DNA from: Octopus sinensis
Lineage: Eukaryota
DNA length: 64,000 bases
NCBI RefSeq assembly: GCF_006345805.1
Contig: NC_042999.1
Span: 61,752,001 to 61,816,000, forward strand
Direction of reading: 5' to 3'
Shown here: piece by piece, positions 53,305 through 64,000 of the stretch
How positions within the stretch are numbered: position 1 is the stretch's first letter
Layout: each line of letters begins with the position of its first letter
The notes under the pieces: model-generated
What the model saw: only the letters and a program-made list of their open reading frames with translations
The model's database searches: none
What the model was told of the DNA's origin: nothing
Position numbers and translations under genes: made by a program

Positions 53305-54772
53305 GTGAGTAAGGACTTGATATATACACCTATAATATAATGGCGTCTCATTCTGTTTGGATAGAATTTACTGATAAATAAACATTGACTAACCAGCTAG
53401 ATGCTTCTCTACAGCTTACCTAATCTTCAAATATACATTACAAATGCGAGCAAGAAGCAAGTATGAATAAAAGTATTTATCTTTATTAGTTCACTTATTG
53501 TTATGCCTTTGCATATTGGTTCCAATATTGAGAATATGTGATTTACAATTTCGAATCAGATTAAGTATCATAAAAGCTGTTTAATGTCCATTCATTAATA
53601 GTTATAATATTCAATATGGTTGCTTATTACAAATCATTTTATTGTTCTAAACCTAAGAGGCAACGTGTATATCATCGCCTCTTCGTTTTAGAACAATAAA
53701 CTATAGTTATATATCATCTCCTCTGTCAAACCTTTATGACTATTTATATGAGATTTTTAGATTATTTAAATCGTATCATCTCATTTCTTTATTCGTATGA
53801 AAGACGCATGATTTGAGAAGAATATAGCAGAAAAGATGGCTTCGTATTCACGAATAGTAAATGTTTTCATTCTTTCTTAACATTAATGTTGAATATATCG
53901 TGCTCTCCTATGTATATGCATGTGTTTGTTTCCACTTATGTATGTATCTATGTGTCTGTGTTTGAAGGAAAGCGAGATTATATGAACAGTGGCTGTGGTT
54001 ACATGATATTATCAAACAGCATACTAAGCTGTCGTCACTGAATTACAAGTCTTTGAATTGGCGTAAAGGGTGTGCTTCGTATTTTATGGCATTCATATTT
54101 TTTTACATTCCTATTCACCAAACTTTGTAAATTATCTTTCACAGTTTCCCATGAAATGTAGCGATATATCCTTTAGCAAATTATATTATCTCGTTTACTG
54201 AAATCCTATATAGTTATTTGCATATATGCTACAGTATGCAAGTCTTCTCGCTGAAAGGAATCATAATGCCGCCTGAAACGATTCCTAAAAGGAATAAAAC
54301 AGTATCGCTCAAGGATACTGATCATTACCTATTAAGACTTTATATAATCTGTGAATAAAAGAATTAAGATGGAGATTCATTTTATGTAGCTTGACATTCT
54401 TAAATGTTATCTTTTATCTTGATGCCTTTACTCCTTAAAACTTTCGGATTCAAGAAAATTAAAGCCACTATCATGCGGATTAAATATACCTAATATGATA
54501 CTAATGCAAAATTCCATCTATTTCGATACAATTTTATGCCTAAACCCCTGTAATGTGAAGCCGCTGAATTTGGCAAGGCCAGTTTTATCGAAGCTGGTCT
54601 AAGATAGAGCGACGTTTTGAATGAAAAGCTGTATTTGAATATCAGTAGTTAAGCATGTAGACAAGTAGTAGGCTTGCAGTTTTTCGTTGAATGAATAACC
54701 ATACACAGATTAAGGTCAGGAACAAACTGTTTATAACATTTAATTCGATTTAATACCACTATAAATTTCTAT

Positions 54773-54905
54773 TTGCACAACGTAGTTCTACTCAGTGTTG
54801 TCTTAAAGCTTGGACAATCTAGCAGCTACCCGAGGTCCTCATGTGGCATGCTGGCAATAGATAAATGGTATAAAGTCCAGTGCAGTGAGTTGCCCGGTGA
54901 CATAT
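54773..54905 (+). repeat. Left copy of an inverted pair (partner 57808-57974)
   Basis: GTAGTTCTACTCAGTG...CAATAGATAAATGGTATAAAGTCCAGTGCAGTGAG..CCCGGTGACATAT matches the reverse complement of the partner. Confidence 0.9.
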
Positions 54906-57652
54906 GATTTTTTATAGAATTACTCACATTTTCTAGTGGAAATTACCACCCGTACAAGAAACTTTGGAACACTTTACCGTCATACTTAAGGACTGTAGCT
55001 ATCGGCAGAACATAAGGGATTTAAGAGTGTATGAAATCATAAGAAATTGATTCCCAATAAATGTTTATAAAAGAACACAAACGGAAACGTTTGAGAATGT
55101 CACAGGATTCTGTGAATCACCAAGTACAACACAAATATTGTATATTTATGCAGTCGTGAAGTAGCAAACATCAAATTTATGAAACGTCGTTTTAAATAAT
55201 GAAGTTATTGATAATATATCTAACGCAGAGAGAATTAAAACACTAACTAGAAATAAATATGTGACGAAGTAAAACAAAAAAGAATATTAGACAATATTAT
55301 TATTTTAATTATTTCCACAAATACGGAGTAAAACTCCGGATGTATGATCTCATCAGTAAAGCATAGACGTCACATAATACTCGAAATAGTAATAAACGAT
55401 AGTACACTTATAAGGAAAAATAAAATTATTTCGTGTAAAACTACAACAGAGAGTAAATAAAGAATTTAATTACAAAATGAACGTAACTAAAATATAATAA
55501 AACTACTTAATATTGAAATGTCTCTCTGAAAACTACAAATATTACAATATATTCAAACGAAGACTGCTAAATATTTATTATATCTGTATGCTCAATGTAA
55601 GTAATATAATACTTTTAAAATCAGTCTCCTTTCTTTTAGAAGTCATCTACATTTTAACTAGTTAACTATAAAATGATTCTAAAACAGTTCTGATTGCAAC
55701 ATTTAAAAAAAAACTCTTAATACATTTCTTGATAAGATCATTGAACAGCTTTTTCAGCAGACTGCAACCAAATTTAAATCTTAAAACATCCTCCAGCCAC
55801 AAACTGATAACCCGACTTCAAGTAAATTTGTACGAAATCATTTTTTTAAAAAATAGCAAATTTTTACACTTTCAATATATTTTTTTCTTTTACTGGTTTT
55901 ATAATTATTGATTCCAAACATCTCAGAAAGATATAGAGGAAGGAGCAGTTGACAGAAGCGACTTTAGAGTGCTACAGGTGCTTTATTACAGCGATGTGAC
56001 GAAATATTTCCCAGCGGGATTCGAAATCAGAATAAATCGGTATAAAACTAAGTACTGCAAGGTTAATCCAGTAATTTTTTTTTTTATTTCTGTTTCTATT
56101 GCATCGATCTCAATAATATAAATATTTATAACATTGCTATCAGAACAAATAATAAAGAAAATAAAGGCCTCAAACCACATTGTATGAAGAAACAGTGTGT
56201 GTGTGTATATATACATATATACATACATATATATATATATGTGTGTGTGTATGTATGTATGTATGTATGTATGTATGTATGTATGTATGTATGTATATTC
56301 GTGTGTGTGTGTGTGTGAATTATATGCATATACATATTTATACACATACATACATAATCATACAAATATACTCATGTGTAAACACACACATACACACACA
56401 CACACACACAACACATATATATTTTTTTTATATATGTGAATGTATGTATGTATATATATATATGCTGTCTGCTTGTTGCAATGTTCATAATCATGCTACA
56501 CAATTCAAACTTGTTTACTTCCATGTGTAAACATTTTCAGATATTGACCAAGGCCTGTTTCAAAATATACGAGAAATTCTTTAAAACGAGTGGCCGTTCA
56601 AATGATTAGAATATTTATTAAACCAATCGGGAATTTTCAATAATTTTCAATTCAGCATTGCAAATGAAGAGAAGATAGACATATAAATAAATAAAAACAT
56701 GATTGGCTCAAAACAAAACATAAAACAATATATTATATGAATATTTATAAAAAGAATATAAAAAATAATTAAAACTGTGGCTCTCAATAGAATATTTCAA
56801 TTTGGTCTCCACTTGAAGAAAATTTATCTTACACATACCACCAAACTGAATCGTTGTGACACACGTGTACAGAAACATACTCAACTTAAAGTAAACATTT
56901 CGCTTTCATTCAGACACAGACAGACATATATTCGTGCAAACATATACATACATACATACATACATACATACATACATACATACATACATACATACATACA
57001 TACATACATACATACATACATACATACATGCATGCATGCATACATACATAGAAATAACTGCACTCATATATACGTAGATTAGCTTTTTAACGAAATACTA
57101 TGAACAGGAAATATCACTCACACATTTACAAATACTTGAAACATATATATTAAACTATATTATTTGACACACCTGCACTTCAGCACTTGTTCACACACGA
57201 TTTTCTTCTCTCAACATATCACTTAGCTACACGCATCCATCCATACGTTCATACAAGCTAGCATATATACTCGCACAACACATACAAGCTCATACCTAAT
57301 TACGCTTGCACATATACCCACGCGCATAGACAACATCGGGTGACATATCATTTTTATTTCAGCGTTTATTTGATTACGTTATTGCAATGAATGCTCAGGT
57401 GGTTTTAATGAAAAATATTCAAATCGATATTCCTTCCTATTTATGTTTATACTACGTGTAGCCAGTGCAATAATGAAAGTGGTAAGTGCTTCCTGTGAAC
57501 GGCATCCGCAGTTCGGTTTCTATTCTTGTATTATCTGCGTCAAGGTGGTGAAATCCAGTAATTAATCAATTAGTAGGCAAATGACATAGAGTGCCAGCGC
57601 ACTGCTAATACCATTGTTGTTGTTGTTGTTTTTATTTTTGATGTTGTTGTTG

Positions 57653-57695
<43 letters not shown>

Positions 57696-57807
57696 TCTTG
57701 TTTAACCCTAGTTTCAGTCTAAACGGGCAAACCTACGAATATTCATTGCGTTTTACTTTTTCTATTAGAAATAACACATGTAGAACCAAGGCCGTCTCAG
57801 CAGCATT

Positions 57808-57974
57808 ATATGTCACCGGGAATCTCACTGCACTGGACTTTATACCATTTATCTATTGTCAGCATGTCACAGTATACATAGCAGCTACCCGGAGGTCCAC
57901 ATACATGAGGATCCCGGGTAGCTGCCAGATTGTCCAAGCCTTAAAACATCACTGAGTAGAACTACATTGTACAA
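57808..57974 (-). repeat. Right copy of the inverted pair, with an internal GC-rich hairpin (57881-57925)
   Basis: Reverse complement of 54773-54905 plus ~30 extra nt; perfect 12-bp stem GCAGCTACCCGG/CCGGGTAGCTGC. Confidence 0.9.
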
Positions 57975-58059
57975 TGTTGCGTACCTTTTTAATGGCAGTG
58001 GGCGATTTAAGAGAGGTTTGGTTTCTCTTTTAGCACTTAGGATACCTAAGTATAGACTG

Positions 58060-58469
58060 GGACCTTTTCGGTTTGAACGGCAGTTTTTCTTGCGGTGTCA
58101 TATGAAATTGTCACCCATAATTATGATCCTAGTACCGATCTATTGCATTTCTATCTGTTTTAGGGTTAGGGTTTGGGTTAGGGTTAGGGGTGGGGGGAAA
58201 GGTATCTTTTTTTCTTCAATCTGTTTCTTAAACGAGGGACATATTCATACGGCACAGAATGTTTTTTACCTCAATAGACGTAATTGATTGGTTGAAATTG
58301 CTGAAATTGAAGAAAAAAAACAACAAATATCTTACAAACCATAGAATTTTCTCAATAAAGCCAAGAAAAAAAGATGCTTTATAAACACATTCTACCAGTA
58401 TACGAAGTTTAAAATGTTTTAGTTACCTAGAAATTATGTTAAAAACTGCCGTTCAAACCGAAAAGATCC
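58060..58469. mobile_element. MITE with GG-starting 29-bp TIRs and 8-bp TSD (Merlin-like), containing TTAGGG repeats
   Basis: TIR GGA(C/T)CTTTTCGGTTTGAACGGCAGTTTTT; perfect TSD ATAGACTG at 58052-58059 and 58470-58477. Confidence 0.85.
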
Positions 58470-58862
58470 ATAGACTGCGCTATGCCTATTGAAAAAGAAC
58501 TATTGCATATTTGCTTTATAGAAAAACGTTCGTGAGCCAGTGCGCATGACATATTTTCCTTACGATATTGTTTAACTTCAGTTCTGTCGGACATCAATCT
58601 CTATTGTGTGCATGTATATGGGTATGTGTGCGCGTCTGTGGGTGTGGGGGGTGTTTATGTAGAGAGACAGACAGACAGATATTGTCCAAACATTCGATCT
58701 TCTGATCTAAAAGGTGTTATCACCTTTTCTTTTTCTTTGATTCCTTTTTCTTGTTACTGAAACTGAACTTTGGCCATGTTTTGGTATCGCCTTGAAGGGG
58801 TTAGTCAAACAAATCGACTCCAGTACTTATCCCACCCTTTTTAAATGGCAGGTGCTTATTCT

Positions 58863-59097
58863 TATTTCTTTATTGCCCACAAGGGGCTAAACATAGATGG
58901 GACAAACAAGGACACAGACAAAGGAATTATGTTGATTACATCGACCCCAGTGCGTAGCTGGTACTTAATTTATCGACTCCGAAAGGATGAAAAGCAAAGT
59001 CGACCTCGGTGGAATTTGAACTCAGAACGTAGCAGCAGACGAAATACCGCTAAGCATTTCGCCCGGCGTGCTAATGCTTCAGCCAGTTCGCCGCCTT
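58863..59097 (-). mobile_element. SINE A monomer with 11-bp TSD
   Basis: GTGCTTATTCT at 58852-58862 and 59098-59108. Confidence 0.9.
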
Positions 59098-59214
59098 GTG
59101 CTTATTCTATCGATAATTTTTGTTTAACCTCTCAGTTATGGGTGCGCAAACGAATCAAATACCGACTTTAAGACTATGCGAACCAAACCGAGACCACACG
59201 CATACACAAACATG

Positions 59215-59850
59215 CATATGTATGTGTGCGTGTGTGTGTATGTATGTGTATGTGTGGGGGATGTTGGTGTATGTGTGGGTTTGTGTGGGTATGTGTTTGT
59301 GCGTATTTGTGTATGAGTGTATTTGTGTGTGTGTGTGTGCATTTGTGTGTGTGTGTATTTGCGTGTGTGTATATGTTTGTGTGTGTGTGTATTTGTGTGT
59401 GTATGTATGTGTACTCGTGTGTATGTGTGCCTGTGTGTTCATGTGTGCGTATGTGCGTGTGCATGTATGTGTATGTGTGTATTTGTTTGTGTGTTTGTCT
59501 GTGCGTGCGTGTGTGCATGTGTATGTGTGTGTGGGGGGGGTTTAGTGTATGTGTGTGTATGTATGTATGTGTGGGTTTGTGTGGGTATGTGTGTGTGCGT
59601 ATTTGCGTATGAGTGTATTTGTGTGTGTGTGTGTATTTGTGTGTGTGTACTTGCGTGTGTGTATGTGTTTGTGTGTGTGTGTATTTGTGTGTGTATGTGT
59701 GTGTACTCGTGTGTATGTGTGCCTGTGTGTTCATGTGTATGTATGTGCGTGTGCATGTATGTGTGTATTTGCTTGTGTGTTTGTCTGTGAGTGCGTGTGT
59801 GTGCATGTGTGTGTGTATGTGTGTGTGTGTGTATGTGAGTGTGTGTGTGT
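59215..59850. repeat. TG-rich cryptic repeat with an ~296-bp tandem duplication
   Basis: GTGGGTTTGTGTGGGTATGTGT recurs at ~59275 and ~59571 with matching downstream sequence. Confidence 0.8.
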
Positions 59851-60479
59851 GCTTACCGACACAATCCGATGCTTTTTGAAAACAACGTACTACATCATAT
59901 GAAATTGATCCAGTCACCCTGGTAAATCTGCAACGTTTGCTTATGATGTTATTATTGATGGTGGTGTGTTACTGAATATCAGGTGCTCTCCCTTTATATT
60001 TCAAAATCCAGGCACGAAATACTTTTCTGCTAACATGTAGGAGAGTCAATAGTTTCTGTTATTGATGTTGCTGTTGTCATTCTGTTGTTGGTGGTATTAT
60101 CCAAATCCAGGCCAGCCCTGAATAAGCAGACCTATGGCGTATGATCAAAGGCATTTAATCCGTGATCATACCTTCTCTTTTAAGAGAATAAGGTATCACA
60201 AGGGAAATTTTGTTATCTCTAGCAGGTAAGCCAACAACTACAGGTCTAATTGCTGGCTCATGCAGGCTTTATCGCCAACTCTGAGACCGAAAACCCCACT
60301 GGTTCACGCTAGTGATCAGTGTAGTCCCCATTGACCATGACCGAGTCAATTAGGTCCTCTGGATGGCTTACAGTGGTTACTTCGTGCGCTTATAGCTTTA
60401 AATAATTTGTAGACGTTCCTAGATGTTTCTGAAATACATACAAATAAATAAATAAAAACACAATTGGCACAAACCCTGA

Positions 60480-60890
60480 TGACTCATAGAGGCTCTCTCG
60501 TATTTCATAGAAATTCCCCACTCGCTTATAGAAGTTACCTCTCTGGTTCATAGTGGCTCCCTTGCTGGTTTATAGAGGCTCCAACAGTAGCTTCTACAAT
60601 TTTTCTCTCAAGTTCATAGACTCACTCACTAACACTTGGATGTTCCTTCACTGAATCTGAGAGGCTCCCACTCCGACTTATGCAGGCTCTTTTACTGTCT
60701 TTCCCTCACTCGCTCATAGACGTTTCTTCGATGGCTCAAGGGGCTCCTCGATGGCTCAAGAAGCTACTCAATGTTTCCTTTCCTAACTCATTGAGTCTCC
60801 CTCCATGGCCCATAGCCACTTTCCCTAGTTCATAAAGACTATCACACTGACTTACAGTAACTTCCTCACTATCTCGCCCTCAGTATTCTT
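60480..60890. repeat. Degenerate ~22-bp minisatellite (CTCATAGAGGCTCCC..)
   Basis: Recurring (C/T)(T/A)CATAGA..CTC units spaced ~21-24 nt apart. Confidence 0.6.
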
Positions 60891-61745
60891 CCAGGACTTA
60901 TCATCATACAATAAGTGTATGTTATCAAAGGCAGGGTGTAATTTAAGAAAGATTTGGCTGCTACATTTAGTATATCAAACAACCATGTGAAGGCTCTTTT
61001 GTTGGCTTGTGACAGCCGATGTTCTTAATTACGATCACAAGTTTTACCACTTTTATATCCAATTTATATTCTGGCTCTGCTTCAGCCTCTAGCTGATGAT
61101 ATTCAGTACAACTTTATTATTACTCTAATGATAAATTACGTTTGTGGTTACCATATACTAATATAATTTTACTGAACTTGTTTTATATAAATCGTTAAGA
61201 GTCAATCATCTCTTTCTTAAACTGCTTCATGCGCTGCGACCCTATGTCAGTTACTTTACATAGAAAATACATTTATTGAAACACAACCTAAAAATAGAAA
61301 CCAAATTACACACATTAAACCATTAATTGAATGATTAATTGTATAAATGGGACAGGAGAGGCACTAACATATGGCTTTGTGGTGCAGTGTTTCCAAAAGT
61401 ATGATCCAAAATAACATTATAGTTCTTTGACAAATTGCTGCTGCTCGACAAGACAAGGTAGCTTTAGTTAAATGTAATAAAACAATTCTGTGTGGAAAAC
61501 ACGTATTGGCCATTCAGAAATATACAGGACTCTTAACTTCGCTGACACTATGATTTATTGGTGTCAAATTGTTCGTGGCACTAACTGCGATCTGGTCACT
61601 AACTGAGTTCCACTGTAACAGTATTTTTGAGTGAAGTTAAAAGTTCTTGCGCGTTTTTGAATGGTTGATATATGTCTTGCACGCTGTAATCGTTTAGGTT
61701 CCAACACATGGTCTCAGTTCAAATTACTTGTTAACAAGTAAATCT

Positions 61746-61857
61746 TAATGTAAAGTATAGAAGCCATCTTATCATGGCTAACCACATTGGGGAGGGGGGT
61801 TGTTCCCCCTCCCCAATGTGGTTAGCCATGATAAGATGGCTTCTATACTTTACATTA
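61746..61857. repeat. Perfect inverted repeat: 53-bp arms, 6-nt loop
   Basis: 61746-61798 is the exact reverse complement of 61805-61857; loop GTTGTT. Confidence 0.97.
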
Positions 61858-62242
61858 TCGAGCGATTACTGTTTCAATCTTATTCTGAGATTTAATTAAG
61901 TAAATCTTAATTTTTGAAAAATTGGAATAATAGCAGATAGAACTCATTTGAACATGGATCTACTCTGTCAAAGAGGATCAGCGGGTAAACGGTGATAATA
62001 CACCTTACAAGAAGCATAATGAACAGTCGAGCTTGTTAGGGAGACACCTCTTGAGCGTTTGACCACGCTATAAATAGCAACCAAATGTTCCTCAAATCAC
62101 ACACAAACGTTTTAGAACATGAAAGCACACGCAAAATGACGTTGTCCAAGAAACTCTAAATAAACAAGGGAATAAAAAGCAACTAGAATGTCGTTGACGA
62201 TTGACCTGCTCGATATGAGACAACTTGGAGTGAAAAAACAAC

Positions 62243-62297
<55 letters not shown>

Positions 62298-62428
62298 TGC
62301 ACACATCCTACGCAGAACACTTTCCATACAATAACCATCAGAGCATCACAACAAATCACAGCACATACCCAAGGCACACAGAGCTGCGCTCGGTAGTGAA
62401 GTGAAAGCACGCTATAAAAATAAAACTA

Positions 62429-62431
<3 letters not shown>
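62298..62431 (+). mobile_element. Extremely 5'-truncated (134-bp) R4/Dong-like 3' end between two (TAA)n arrays
   Basis: Reads AHILRRTLSIQ* (62299-62334), like the GT(A/T)RIL C-terminus of R4/Dong ORFs, then a 3' UTR and (AAT)n at 62432-62510. Upstream (TAA)n at 62243-62297. Confidence 0.75.
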
Positions 62432-62512
<81 letters not shown>

Positions 62513-62728
62513 CGGGGACTTTTAAGATGTAAGAAGGAAAATACAGAACTCCGAAATCTATCCACAAACATCGAAAACAAGGACACCCTATGGAGCCAAA
62601 GATTTACTAACAAAGAATTGGACTATATCCGAGTAAGTAATACTAATTGAAATTTATTACTATTTTCGAAACGAAATGATGTATTTTGACTCGATATTAT
62701 CTCCACCTCTAACACAACACATGTAAAC

Positions 62729-64000
62729 ATGCGTGGAACAACACGATCATCCCCGACCTCAAACACCATGTACAAAGGAACTACGAAGAAATTAAATGCC
62801 ACCGATACTATTCAACCCAAGAATAACAATCGAGCGGTACGTACATTAAACCTACAACAAAAAATGTACGAAAAACTACACGTGCGAAATAATGTGACAA
62901 CAGAAATACACGGACCGGTACCCTACGAAAATGACGACCGTCAAAATAATGGGCCGGACGTTGTACCTCATGTCCTGCAAATAAAACCCAAAAGACGTAA
63001 ATGGACACGTGAGGAATACATTTCTATCTTACACGCATACTTCACAGCAGTACTCTACCCAAAAAATGAAAATACAACAACACATACATATAAAATATGG
63101 AAGGAAAATAATAGAGATATAGACTTGGATACAGCAATGAACCCTAATAAATTAGCTAACGTACGAAGATACATTCTCAACACAAAAAAAATATCAGAAA
63201 TAGAAATAGAACACCTAAAAGAAAACATACACCAGGAAAATGTAGATAGAAGCCACACAACAATGCCCAATAATATAAACACTGAAACTGTAAAACACGA
63301 AGACAATCGCAACATTCCCAACAAACACGATGTAAACAACGAAGGGGAGCCTAATGATTATGATAATATAAAAAATAAAATAATCAAAGAACTGAAAACC
63401 ACAGAGCCCAAAATGGACCACCGACCATACCTCCCAAGAATAAAAATAAACGCAATAACAACACCTATTATAAACAACATAAACCTAGCCGTCACTGAAC
63501 TAGCCACTGAAACAAAAAAAAGTGATATCACTGAGCTAAATGACTTGATATACGCAGCAGCCACTGCAGCCACAAAAGAAGCTGGATACTCACCCAAACC
63601 CGCCCAAACAGGAGTACCACCACCCAAACAAACCCTGTGGATAAATAACATCCAAAACAAAATTTAAAAAATTAGAAAAGACCTGTCGATTCTTAATGAA
63701 ATCAGCAAACAAGCAACGCTACTAAGCAACAAAAAGAGAACAAAAATACTCCGCAAATACAACATCACAGAAAAAGATTTGCCGGAGATAAAAGAAAAGC
63801 TGAAGCAAGATATCCTTGCCAAAGCTCAAAGGATCCGCCGGTACGAGAAACGCCAACGCTTCTTTGAACAGAAAAAAAGTTCAACTCCGACCCCAAAAAG
63901 TTCTACCAAGAACTGGGCAAAAATAAAATAGAAGTCACTGCAGCACCAACGGCAGAAGAATTGGAAGAATTCTGGAGAGAAATATGGTCGGCGAACGAAC
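62729..64000 (+). CDS. N-terminal part of a nearly intact R4/Dong-clade retrotransposon ORF (runs off the window)
   Basis: KRRKWTREE..IW..LANVRRYI..ISEIEIE N-terminal motif; LPRIK..DITELNDLIYAAA; W..NIQNKI. After one in-frame TAA (63665-67) it continues KLKQDILAKAQRIRRYEKR. After a one-base shift in the A7 run (63872-78) it continues NSDPKKFYQELG..EEFWREIW. Homologous to the N-terminal fragments at ~8380-8900. Confidence 0.88.

Noticed and set aside
58160-58197. TTAGGG tract as a true telomere or fusion site
   Set aside because: Only ~5 units, enclosed within a TIR/TSD-bounded MITE.
59857-59927. Minus-strand 71-nt exon-like segment (FTRVTGSISYDVVRCFQKASDCV)
   Set aside because: Good donor but poor polypyrimidine tract; too short to support without transcripts.
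62512-62650. Short open frame with a gtaagt donor upstream of the Dong-like ORF
   Set aside because: A-rich strands have few stops by chance, and the first downstream AG gives an incompatible phase. Treated as 5' UTR.
63866-63880. A7 run as a programmed -1 frameshift site
   Set aside because: In-frame G-AAA-AAA is not a canonical X-XXY-YYZ heptamer, and an upstream stop also exists. Mutation or sequencing error is simpler.

Overview
A repeat-dense, AT-rich eukaryotic window with no host gene I can recognise. The tRNA-headed SINE families and very dense (TA)n/(CA)n/(TAGA)n/trinucleotide microsatellites look like an Octopus (coleoid cephalopod) genome; this is an inference from pattern recognition, not from a search. 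Almost all ORFs in the supplied track are microsatellite translations. Supportable content: two R4/Dong-type RLE non-LTR retrotransposons (a decayed copy at 6.1-9.0 kb on the minus strand, and a nearly intact 5' part at 62.5-64 kb stacked with other 3' ends in (TAA)n arrays); fragments of CR1-like, L1/Tx1-like, RTE-like and Penelope-like retroelements; an internally deleted mariner; two hAT MITEs; a Merlin-like MITE carrying TTAGGG repeats; Helitron ends; and about 20 SINEs. Most interesting signals: (1) three type-I hammerhead ribozyme motifs with the same palindromic AGCT loop III within 2.7 kb (22.7-25.3 kb), in Penelope-like 3' remnants; (2) head+[body]n SINE concatemers that suggest self-targeted insertion; (3) stacked (TAA)n-targeted Dong-like insertions; (4) several long near-perfect local hairpins. 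A few weak candidate host exons are reported at low confidence. All coordinates were counted by hand and element boundaries are approximate unless fixed by a TSD or TIR.
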